Origin: Eledone cirrhosa
Taxonomy: Eukaryota
Length of the DNA stretch: 64,000 nucleotides
Direction of reading: 5' to 3'
Assembly: GCA_964016885.1 (NCBI GenBank)
Contig: OZ024745.1
Coordinates: forward strand, 11,470,001 to 11,534,000
Shown here: in pieces, positions 53,295 to 64,000 of the stretch
Position numbering within the stretch: the first letter of the stretch is position 1
How the letters are laid out: every line of letters starts with the position of its first letter
Made by a program: the position numbers and the translations under genes
The notes under the pieces: generated by a model
Told to the model about the DNA's origin: nothing
Seen by the model: the letters and a program-made list of their open reading frames with translations, nothing else
Databases searched by the model: none

Positions 53295-54932
53295 TATACA
53301 CTATACACAGTACACTATACACTATACACTGTACACTATACACTATACACTATACTCTATACACTATACACTATATACTATACACTATATACTATACACT
53401 ATACACTATACACAGTACACTATACACTATACACTATATACTATACACTATATACTATACACTATACACTATACACTGTACACTATATACTATACACTAT
53501 ACACTATACACTATATACTATACACTATACACTATACACTATACACTATACACAGTACACTATACATTATACACAGTACACTATACACTATACATTATAC
53601 ACTATACACTATACACAGTACACTATACACTACACACTATACACTATACACTATACACTATACACTATACACAGTACACAGTACACTATACACTATACAC
53701 TATACACTATACACTATACACTATATACTATACACAGTACACTATACACTATACACAGTACACTATACACTATATACTATACACTATATACTATACACTG
53801 TACACTATACACTATACACTATACACTATATACTATACACTATACACAATACACTATACACTACATACTATACACTATACACTATACACAGTACACTCTA
53901 CACTATACACTATACTCTATACACTATACACTATACACTATACACAGTACACTATACACTATACACTATACACTATACACTATATACTATACACTATACA
54001 TTATATACTATACACTATACACTATACACTATACACTATACACTACATACTATACACTATACACTATACACTATACACAGTACACAGTACACTATACACT
54101 ATACACTATACACTATACATTATACACAGTACACTATACACTATACACTATACACTATACACAGTACACTATACACTATACACAGTACACTATACACTAT
54201 ACACTATACACTATACACTATACACAATACACTATACACTATACACTATACACTATATACTATACACAGTACACTATACACTATACACTATACACTATAT
54301 ACTATACACTATACACTATATACTATACACTATACACTATACACTATATACTATACACTATACACTATATACTATACACTATAAACTATACACTATACAC
54401 TATACACTACATACTATACACTATACACTATACACTATACACAGTACACAGTACACAGTACACTATACACTATACACAGTACACTATACACTATACACTA
54501 TACACAGTACACTATATACTATACACTATACACTATACACTATACACTATACACTATACATTATACACAGTACACTATACATTATACACAGTACACTATA
54601 CACTATACACAGTACACTATATACTATACACTATACACTATACACTATACACTATACACTATATACTATACACTATACACTATACACTGTACACTATACA
54701 CTGTACACTATACACTATACACTATACACTATACACTATATACTATATACTATACACTATACACTATATACTATACACTATACACTACATACTATACACT
54801 ATACACTATACACTATACACAGTACACAGTACACTATACACTATACACTATACAAAGTACACTATACACTATACACTATACACTATACACTACATACTAT
54901 ACACTATACACTATACACAGTACACTATACAC
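53295..54932. repeat. 7-bp satellite (TATACAC)n, about 230 units
   Basis: Direct periodicity. Confidence 0.98.
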
Positions 54933-55082
54933 CAATTGCTAATACTCTCTATCGGTCACAACTCCTAGCAGAAAGAGTAACGTGAAATAAAGTGTCTTGC
55001 TCAAGAACATAACGCACGGGTATCAAACTCGCAACCTTCCGATTGCAAATCCAATTATCTAACCACTAAACCACGCGCTTCA
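54932..55082 (-). mobile_element. SINE family B
   Basis: Reverse complement matches 49712-49867. Confidence 0.8.
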
Positions 55083-55111
55083 ATAAATTAAAAATCCCTA
55101 ACTACCTGGCG

Positions 55112-55320
55112 TAGGTCAGTCGGTGGGCAGTAGAGCGTCGGACAACATGCTTTGTGGCATATAGATACGGTCCTTTACGTTCTGAGTTCAAATCTCACCG
55201 AGGTTAGCTTTGCTTTTCATCCTTACGGGATAAAATAAAGTACAAGTAACGCACTGGGTTAGATTTAACCAACTTTTTCCTTCCACAAAATTGTTGGCCT
55301 TGTGTCTAAATTAGATACCC
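55112..55320 (+). mobile_element. SINE family A, long variant
   Basis: A and B boxes, body, tail GGCCTTGTGTCTAAATTAGATACC. Confidence 0.85.
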
Positions 55321-55346
55321 TTAATTACTTATTTTCATTCGATGAT

Positions 55347-56566
55347 GTTCAACCTTTCTCAGAAGGTTGAACAGAAGGTTCAACCTTTCTCAGAAGCTTG
55401 AACAGAAGGTTCAACCTTTCTCAGAAGGTTTAACAGAAGGTTGAACCTTTCTCAGAAGGTTTAACAGAAGGTTGAACCTTTCTCAGAAGGTTTAACAGAA
55501 GGTTGAACCTTTCTCAGAAGGTTTAACAGAAGGTTGAACCTTTCTCAGAAGGTTTAACAGAAGGTTGAACCTTTCTCAGAAGGTTTAACAGAAGGTTGAA
55601 CCTTTCTCAGAAGGTTGAACAGAAGGTTCAACCTTTCTCAGAAGGTTTAACAGAAGGTTCAACCTTTCTCAGAAGGTTTAACAGAAGGTTGAACCTTTCT
55701 CAGAAGGTTGAACAGAAGGTTGAACCTTTCTCAGAAGGTTGAACAGAAGGTTGAACCTTTCTCAGAAGGTTTAACAGAAGGTTCAACCTTTCTCAGAAGG
55801 TTTAACAGAAGATTGAACCTTTCTCAGAAGGTTTAACAGAAGGTTCAACCTTTCTCAGAAGGTTTAACAGAAGGTTGAACCTTTCTCAGAAGGTTTAACA
55901 GAAGGTTGAACCTTTCTCAGAAGGTTGAACAGAAGGTTGAACCTTTCTCAGAAGGTTTAACAGAAGGTTGAACCTTTCTCAGAAGGTTTAACAGAAGATT
56001 GAACCTTTCTCAGAAGGTTTAACAGAAGGTTGAACCTTTCTCAGAAGGTTTAACAGAAGGTTGAACCTTTCTCAGAAGGTTTAACAGAAGGTTGAACCTT
56101 TCTCAGAAGGTTTAACAGAAGGTTGAACCTTTCTCAGAAGGTTGAACAGAAGGTTGAACCTTTCTCAGAAGGTTTAACAGAAGGTTGAACCTTTCTCAGA
56201 AGGTTTAACAGAAGGTTGAACCTTTCTCAGAAGGTTTAACAGAAGGTTGAACCTTTCTCAGAAGGTTGAACAGAAGGTTCAACCTTTCTCAGAAGGTTTA
56301 ACAGAAGATTGAACCTTTCTCAGAAGGTTTAACAGAAGATTGAACCTTTCTCAGAAGGTTTAACAGAAGGTTGAACCTTTCTCAGAAGGTTTAACAGAAG
56401 GTTGAACCTTTCTCAGAAGGTTGAACAGAAGGTTCAACCTTTCTCAGAAGGTTTAACAGAAGGTTGAACCTTTCTCAGAAGGTTGAACAGAAGGTTGAAC
56501 CTTTCTCAGAAGGTTTAACAGAAGGTTCAACCTTTCTCAGAAGGTTGAACCTTTTTCAGAAGGTTG
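55347..56566. repeat. 31-bp quasi-palindromic satellite, about 39 units
   Basis: Unit AACCTTTCTCAGAAGGTT[T/G]AACAGAAGGTT[G/C]. Confidence 0.97.
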
Positions 56567-56764
56567 TGCATAAAATCCTCCAGGTAAACTTCATAAATGA
56601 CTAAATATAATATTTTCAACAGCATTATGCAACAAACAACACAGTAGGATATAAAATTAATGGCGAACCTCCAAAACAATAGTGTGGCTCACGGCTAGTT
56701 CATCTGAAAACACGTTGTCTAATCTACGAATATCTTATAAACTGCAACGAGTCAACGAAGGAGC

Positions 56765-57490
56765 TTTTACGCTAACTCTGCTGGATATAGCAGCCAAATC
56801 TCCCTTATACTACACTCTATCACCTATAAAATGAAGGACACGTTTGATAAATGGTCCTAGATGCATTATGCATGATTGTGGTTAAAATGTTTGCCCCGTA
56901 ATCATATAGTCCCAGGTTCAATCCTACTTCTGGTATTTTGGGCAAGTTGACCCTAGCTTTGCGAGAGAAATTTGGTAGACGGAAACTACGTGGAACGTCG
57001 TCGTAATTGATTGTACCTGTAACTCAAAGATCCAGCCTTATCATATACTGTGTTACGTTGATTCAAATTGAGAATTATATTGAGAGTAAATATGTCTGTG
57101 GAATAGTCAACCATTTACACGTTAAGTTAATGCAATGGAAGTTCAGCTGAATGATCATCGTAGAAAACGACGGATGATCTATCACGTCTGCAAAATAAAA
57201 AGTTTGGTTGCTATCAAAATGTCTCTGATTCACCTGATCAAAGGTGACGCGGGGCTAAACATCAGCAATTACTTCGAGTTATCGAAGACTCATATATGTA
57301 GCAGTTCGTCGTGCAAGATATAGCAACCAAATCCCCCTAAAATCATGTCTTACTGACTTAGTAATTATATCACTGAATATGTTCTTAATTTGTTTAAGTC
57401 ACTATACCTGAAAAAACAAAAGCGAAGCATGGACCAGCTTTGATCGTTGGTCTACACACTCGTGGTTGACCTGGGGCTAAACAGGGGGTT
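56765..57490 (+). mobile_element. Old nested SINE-like relics
   Basis: tRNA-like GTGGTTAA..GGTTCAATCC, TTGGGCAAGT and TTTGGTAGACGGAAACT; ATAGCAGCCAAATC motif also seen at 12398 and 57318. Confidence 0.55.
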
Positions 57491-57725
57491 TCAACAGCCA
57501 TAATAACGATAGCTTTAATTGGTTCTAACGGATGAACATTTCTTCTCTGCCAACCTATATTTCTCATGGAATATAAATTGCTGTAGTAAAGTTGCCCAAA
57601 GCAGAATTTCTGTGACCAAATTCTCCACAGATGTTTCAAATCTTCAATTAATTCAACTGGAATTTATTCTGCTCCTTCAACACGTATTGCAGGCAGTGAA
57701 CTGGTTTCTCTTGAAGGGAGAGGGT

Positions 57726-57945
57726 AACAACAACAACAACGACAACAATGATAACAACAACAGCAACAATAGCATCAACAACAACAACAACGACAACAAT
57801 GATGACAACAACAGCAACGATAGCAACAACAACAACGATGACGACAACATCAACAACGACAGCAATAATAACAACAACAACGACAACGACAACAATAACA
57901 AGAACAATGACGACAACAACAAAGACAGCAATAATAACAACAACT
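57726..57945. repeat. Degenerate (AAC/GAC/AAT)n trinucleotide repeat
   Basis: Direct sequence. Confidence 0.9.
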
Positions 57946-58377
57946 ATATGAGAATCTTTAAGCTTTAAAACGAGCTAGAAATGGTGTGAAGAGCATTTCT
58001 TGAAGTTCGTGCAATAACCCTAACCCAATAAACCCCACTTCCTCTGAAACTGCTTCTAGTGTTTCCACTTCAATCCAAACCTTCGACTAGAATCTCATTG
58101 TTACATGACAGATATTAGATTTCCTTAGTTAAATATTGGCATTGAAAGTGAATTATTTCAACAAATCTCTCATAATTCGTGATTACTCTGATGATTAAAA
58201 TATAAAGGCAGAATATTCTTGTTAGAATATGATCACAAAAGGAACAGTAAAAACCCACGTGTTTTAAACTAGGCGAGGAAAAAGAATATACCTGTTAAAT
58301 TCAAAAATACAGGTGCATCATATGCCTGCTACCTTATTTAAGCTCTACTGCAAATACATACATACGTGCGTACATAC

Positions 58378-59480
58378 ATTTCAAGGAGACAATCTCTCCG
58401 ATGTGCTGTTTATACTGTTAGTAAACCCATTGTCCATTGAGGAAATATGAAGGGTATGCAATTGGTTCCCCGGAGGGAAGAAACATCAATTTAACATATA
58501 CCTTTTTGTTGTATGTCAAGAATATATATATTTAACGAAGAAAAGCCTTGACCTAGTTAGGATACTCTCGAAACATATAGGGAAGGTATTTGGCCAGGAT
58601 AAATGTTCCTACTACTACTACCACCACCACCACTACCACTTGGTGAGATGATAAAACCTTTCGCTCTCACACGATCCAACATTAACTACCTCAGTTCTTC
58701 ATCGGACAATTCCGTATCTTCCTCAATAACTCTTTATAATATCTTGTTTCTACATAAATGTTCCTACATGATTGTAAAACTTAGGAAAGCTCCAAGCCAG
58801 TCTAATGATATGTCTATCAATATCGGGACAGTTTCGCCGGTATCTGACAAAGAATATTACTGGTACTTAGGGATTCATGGAAATATATATCCCATGATAG
58901 AAATTGTAAAAAGGAACATGTAGCTGAAGAATATAATACCAAATAAAGAAGATATGGTCTCTAGAACACTCTATATACAATAAAGCAGTCGCCCACGATG
59001 TTGCTGTACCTGTACTCATGCAATATGTGTGTTGTACTTGAACTACTTGACTGGGCGGTAGATGAAGCTCAAGTCATTTATGTCAAAACCCCCAAATTCT
59101 AACCAGCACAGGAAATTTTCACATCAATAATGATATAAATCGCCTAAACAGGGAACCAGAGGGTTAATGTCGACCCAAACAACTTTTAAATGTTAGGTTT
59201 TGGTGTAAAATTTTACTGTGAGAATAATATAGATAACTGAGTAGTGTATATTGGACCAACAACCGGTACTCTTTGACTTTGAAGGTCATCCTTTTGTAAT
59301 CCAGGAAGAAGAAATAACGAAATACCTGATGTACAAAAGAGATAGAGATGCAGGCGAAACTCCTATATGCGACTACAGATGTAATAAACATGGAGGATAT
59401 CATCGACATAATAAGCAGTACTATATAGTTGTGAGACATGATGTAGTCGTCAAAACAATATAATGTAATCCGTAGAAAGC
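58378..59480 (+). pseudogene. Highly decayed R4/Dong LINE related to 23934-27505
   Basis: FQGDNLS..VNPLS, VSPVSDKEYYWYLGI, TSTGNFHINND, TKYLMYKRDRDAG and RHDVVVKT; preceded by (TACA)n. Confidence 0.8.
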
Positions 59481-59639
59481 TCTAGGAAACCCACTTTTTG
59501 AAAATACTCCCACGATTTCTCAAAGACCTACCGCAGCCTGAGTATTTGACAAGTTGTGCGGCACCCCGGGCGAAAACCACACTGTTTGTCAGCTAGTTTG
59601 GACCCGACAACATCCTTATATCGCTTTGCCAGACACATA

Positions 59640-59990
59640 CCATAGGGAGGCTTAACAAGAAGATCCATCTTTAATTAGAGAAATCTCTCTTTCCTACTTT
59701 TTTGAAAATTGGGATTGCTTAGCTGCCTTTCCAGATATCCAGGCCACCCAACACACATGGGTCAGTCAGAGAATACCTTAGCTAGTTAAGGCTTTTAATA
59801 TTTTTAACATCTCGGGCCGAACTTCATCCTCTCCAAAGGCCGTGCCACATTTCAGTTTTTTTATTGCTCTAGTGACCTCAACCTCAGAGGGGTTAGACAT
59901 CGTTCCCAGATGTACCTCATGTACATCAGAAAATGCTGTTGTGACCGGGTTTTGGGAGATCAGAAAAGTATTCTCTCCACCTCGAAAGGA
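59640..59990 (-). pseudogene. RTE/Expander-like RT N-terminal fragment
   Basis: EVTRAIKKLKCGTAFGEDEVRPEMLK. Confidence 0.65.
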
Positions 59991-60403
59991 TGCACCTCTC
60001 TGAAGAGAGAACTCCAGACCCGTTCCTGATAGCAGGCGTGGAGGGAGACTTCTTATGAAATCAGTGTATAGTCTACCAGAATACTTTATTTTCTTATGTA
60101 AAATGGTTAATTTACGAAGCATTTAGGACATTTTAAATGTTAAAATATGTTACCCACAGTGCAGATAACTAAAAGTATAGGTTGAATAAGGTAGACTGCC
60201 CTTGGATGGAATTGACTGCGGGAATCGAACTACGCATCTCTCGTAGTTTTAAATGCGCACGTACAGCTTACGAAAGGTGCCTTGTTCGTTTACTGCAGGG
60301 GTTTCTGCCTTCGTTATTACGCCTTGAAAGCTACTTTACCTGATTTACCTTAATTATTATTTGTACTTATCTGCATTTTGGATAATATATTTTCAAATAT
60401 CTA

Positions 60404-60492
<89 letters not shown>

Positions 60493-60493
<1 letters not shown>

Positions 60494-62037
60494 ACACATA
60501 TAGTAATCTATTCGATATTACTATGGGCTCAAGTGATTCTGCCCAAATTACTGATCTTGTGGGCCTCTTTCTTCTTTTCAACATAAATGCTTCCTTTCCC
60601 CACCTTAAAGGTGGTTTATATCGTGACGACTATCTTCTTCTTTCCAATAACCTTAGCCTTTCAGAGATAGAAACAAATAAAAACCTTATAAGAACTTTCC
60701 TTAAAGACTATTATAGTCTAGATATTACATTTGAAAACACAAGTAAAGTAGTTAATTTCCTTGATATAACATTAGACTTATCTACGGGTATCTACCAACC
60801 TTACCATAAACCTAACCAACATTTACACTACATACACTCACAATCTAATCACCCTAAGTCTATCCTTAAAAACCTTGCATATAATATATCACTTAGAATT
60901 TCTAACCTTTCGTCTAACCAGGATGTATTTGATAAAAATACGACCTTTTATAACGAAGCTCTAGCTAGAAGTGGCCACAAAAATAAATTAGTATATATAC
61001 CTTCTACCAATAACACTACAAACATACAACCTAATATTACCAACAAACACCAAATGAAACATACACACCTAATGGCCACTCACACTATACCCCAAAATAC
61101 CAACATAAAACCAAATTTCTCTAACTCTTCTAATATACAATATAGTAACTCTCAAAAAACCACTCATCCTACAACTCTAATAAATGGTAATAATAAAACT
61201 CCTAATAAACAAGCTAAAACACCTAAATCAATAAATCTAACTAAAAATGTGTGTGGTGAAGTCATTAACAATAATTCTCTTAATAAACATCAGGATACAT
61301 CCTATAAAAACAATAAACAACATCGAAACCGTAATAGACGAGTTACTTGGTATAATGCTCCATTTAATTTACAAATTAAGGATAATATACCTAAAAAATT
61401 CTTTAATATCCTAGAGAAGAACTTCCCGCCAAACCACAAATACCATCAAATTTTAAATAGATCAACGGTTAAATTCTCCTACTCAACAACCAAAAACATA
61501 AAACAAAATATAAGTGCCTACAATGCATATAAATCTAAAAAAACCATGAGTATACCACCAGTACATCAAACTAACCATAATATCTCCTCGGATACAGGAT
61601 TCACGAAAAGTTGTAACTGTAGAAACAAGGCAAACTGCCCATTAAAAGGAAATTGCCTTGTTAATAACATAGTATATAAATGTAAAGTTAACACTAAAGA
61701 CTCAATTTATTCATATATAGGAGCTACCTCTAACAAATTTAAGGTAAGATTTAATACCCACAAACATAGCTTTAAAAATGCCGCACTAGCTAATACAACA
61801 TCTCTAGCTGAAATAATTAATAATTATGGAAAGAGGAATATAGATTATGACCTGACCTGGAGTGTGCTCAAAAGGGCCACCCCTTATCAAAATAATAGAT
61901 ATGAATGTAGATTATCTTCCCAAGAACTTTTTGAAATAATGAAATCTAAGGATATCCTATTAAATAAGCGACAGGAATTAATAATATCGTGTAATCACAA
62001 ACTGAGAAAAACCTTTAAATATTATAAACCTAATTAA
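60493..62037 (+). CDS. 5'-truncated PLE polyprotein (RT C-terminal half and GIY-YIG endonuclease), tentatively Nematis-like
   Basis: FDITMGS..AQITDLVGL, GLYRDD, NFLDITL, YHKP, SNHP, CNCR..CPLKGNC, IVYKCKV..YIGAT..FKVRFNTH and LLNKRQE; open for about 515 aa. Confidence 0.9.
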
Positions 62038-62307
62038 TATACATCTTAGAAATTAATATATAAACTGTTTTTAATTTAGTTAACCTATAATTAATATTCT
62101 ACTACTGATGAACTACATAATTTTACTTTCCTTCTTACAACTATCATTTCCTAAAACTGATACCATTAAGTAAACATATATAATGCTTTAATTTCAGGTT
62201 ATGACTCTATGTTCCTTGAAATCTCTATATATTTATTATAAATTTAACTCCCCCCCAAATAATTATATGTATGTGTATGCATGTATGTGTGTATATATAT
62301 ATATGTA

Positions 62308-62352
<45 letters not shown>

Positions 62353-63266
62353 ATGTGTGTGTATATATATGTATATATATATATATATATATATTATTTT
62401 TATATTCTTTTAATTTCCCCTCATCTTTAACAGCACTCTTCAACTACATCTAACTCTTATTTATCATATCTATATGCATTAGTATAATTTTATCAATATA
62501 AATATACCCATCAATTAAATTAATTTATATTCTTTTCATGGATGTATTTTTTTCACTAACACTCTTATCGTAAAATTTTAGTCTCCTTAGATATTTGCAT
62601 TGGCATTACTATTTTATAACAGCAACTGTTCCTATACCTTTTACTGACCTGACCTATTTTTACCCCTAAAATAACCTTCTCATTCTTCACACTCCATTCA
62701 AAACTGAAACCTACCCCTAAAATAAACTTCAATTACTACTATTTTACCATTTGGCCAATTATTAACTTTCTATTGGTTAATTCTAAACCTCTTACCAAAC
62801 AGACAAACTATATCAAATCTTTGTTGGTTTTATTCAATGAACAAATATAATTATTTCTGAGGTCAGCATACGACCTATTTTCATCCCTAAAATAATCTTT
62901 CATTCATAATATTCTTTTCCATCCAAAACTGAAATCTACTTTCCTCTACCCATAAATTAAGGTTCTTTTACTACTAGATTACTATCTTGACCTTCACTAT
63001 CCTTCTATTGGTCAATTCAAAACCTGTTCCCAAACAGACCCATTGTATTAAATCTTTGTTTTTTTCAATAAACAAATATCATTATTTCTGTAGACAGCAT
63101 ATATATGTGTAGGTATGTATATTCCCTCTGATAGTTTGTATAAATATTTTACATAGATCTATAGAATATGCATACCAACACTAACACATATATATCCTAG
63201 AAACGATCGTAAAATGATGAATTTTTTTAATATAAGGAACTGTTTCTTTGTTTATTCATTACTTTA

Positions 63267-63270
<4 letters not shown>
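62038..63270 (+). mobile_element. Probable PLE 3'UTR with an internal tandem duplication of about 220 bp (62651-62870 and 62873-63101)
   Basis: Follows the PLE stop codon; two diverged GACCTATTTT...CAGCATA units; ends at (TA)n. Confidence 0.6.
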
Positions 63271-63329
<59 letters not shown>

Positions 63330-63413
63330 ATGATAATAAATTTGAAGACTAAAATCCAAAGAGGGCTCGATAAGGATAAATATATATATATAGAGCAAAT
63401 ATTTATTAAAATA

Positions 63414-63489
63414 ACAGATTAAAGTTTAAGCAAAGAATCGCTGCTTTCACCCTTAACGGGATCTTCTGAAACTAACAAAGTCAATCTGT
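63414..63489 (-). ncRNA. Extended type I hammerhead-like motif, U4A family (best copy)
   Basis: ACAGAUUGA(CUUUGUU)AGUUU-CAGAAGA-UCCC(GUUAA)GGGU-GAA-AGCAG(CGAUUCU)UUGCU-U^AAACU-UUAAUCUGU. Confidence 0.72.
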
Positions 63490-63559
63490 GAACGCAGAAG
63501 TGAATATTTCAAAAAACGTTGCAACCGGAGGAAGACAGGAAGACGATACTTTGTTTCGT

Positions 63560-63830
63560 GGAAACGTTCCCTGGCAAAGAACGGGAAAAAACGAATATAA
63601 TACGTCATTAATTGGAGCGGTGAAAAACAATTACGCGCAAAGACAAAACCATGTTTATGGTATAAAAGAAGTCGTAGACTAATATTCTATTAGGTCGTTC
63701 ATAGAGACGTTCTCTGGCAATGAACGAAAAAAATGAAGATAATACGTCATATGTGGAGCGGGGAGAACAATTGCACGCAAAGACAAAACCACGTAAATGG
63801 TATAACTGAAGTCGTAGACTAAAATTCTAA
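63560..63830. repeat. Two direct copies of an approximately 125-bp unit upstream (minus sense) of the U4A HHR
   Basis: ACGTTC.CTGGCAA...GAAGTCGTAGACTAA at about 63565-63690 and 63707-63830. Confidence 0.85.
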
Positions 63831-64000
63831 CTAGGAAACCGAATGATTCTCGGCTTCAGAGTTAAGAATAAAGTAAATAAAATACAGAGGTTATTGAAAT
63901 TAAATAAATACATACACGCATCCATATACGTACATACACAAGCATACGCGAAAACACTCGCCATAGGTATACAAATACACGCACGTACACCCCCCCCCCA

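Noticed and set aside
63112-63175. HHR-like remnant at the PLE 3' end
   Set aside because: The outer stem TATGTATATTC/GAATATGCATA is present, but the core is too decayed to call.

Overview
Eukaryotic, AT-rich, repeat-saturated non-coding DNA. The SINE types and microsatellite load resemble a coleoid cephalopod (octopus-like) genome; this is inference. No host protein-coding gene is recognisable, and most ORF-track entries are microsatellite or satellite artefacts. The window holds six tandem satellites (28, 48, 32, 61, 7 and 31 bp units) and a stack of Tx1/L1-clade LINE copies in a TATC-rich target. It also holds R4/Dong-type LINE relics alternating with a non-autonomous RTE derivative in (TATG)n, two Penelope-like element (PLE) ORF remnants, many tRNA-derived SINEs, Helitron ends and a hAT MITE. 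The most notable signal is about 10 hammerhead ribozyme (HHR) motifs between 32.8 and 63.5 kb. Four copies belong to a type I family with a non-canonical CAGANG core (U4A) and compensatory stem changes, and a 600-bp palindrome carries one HHR in each arm. All folds and alignments were done by eye.
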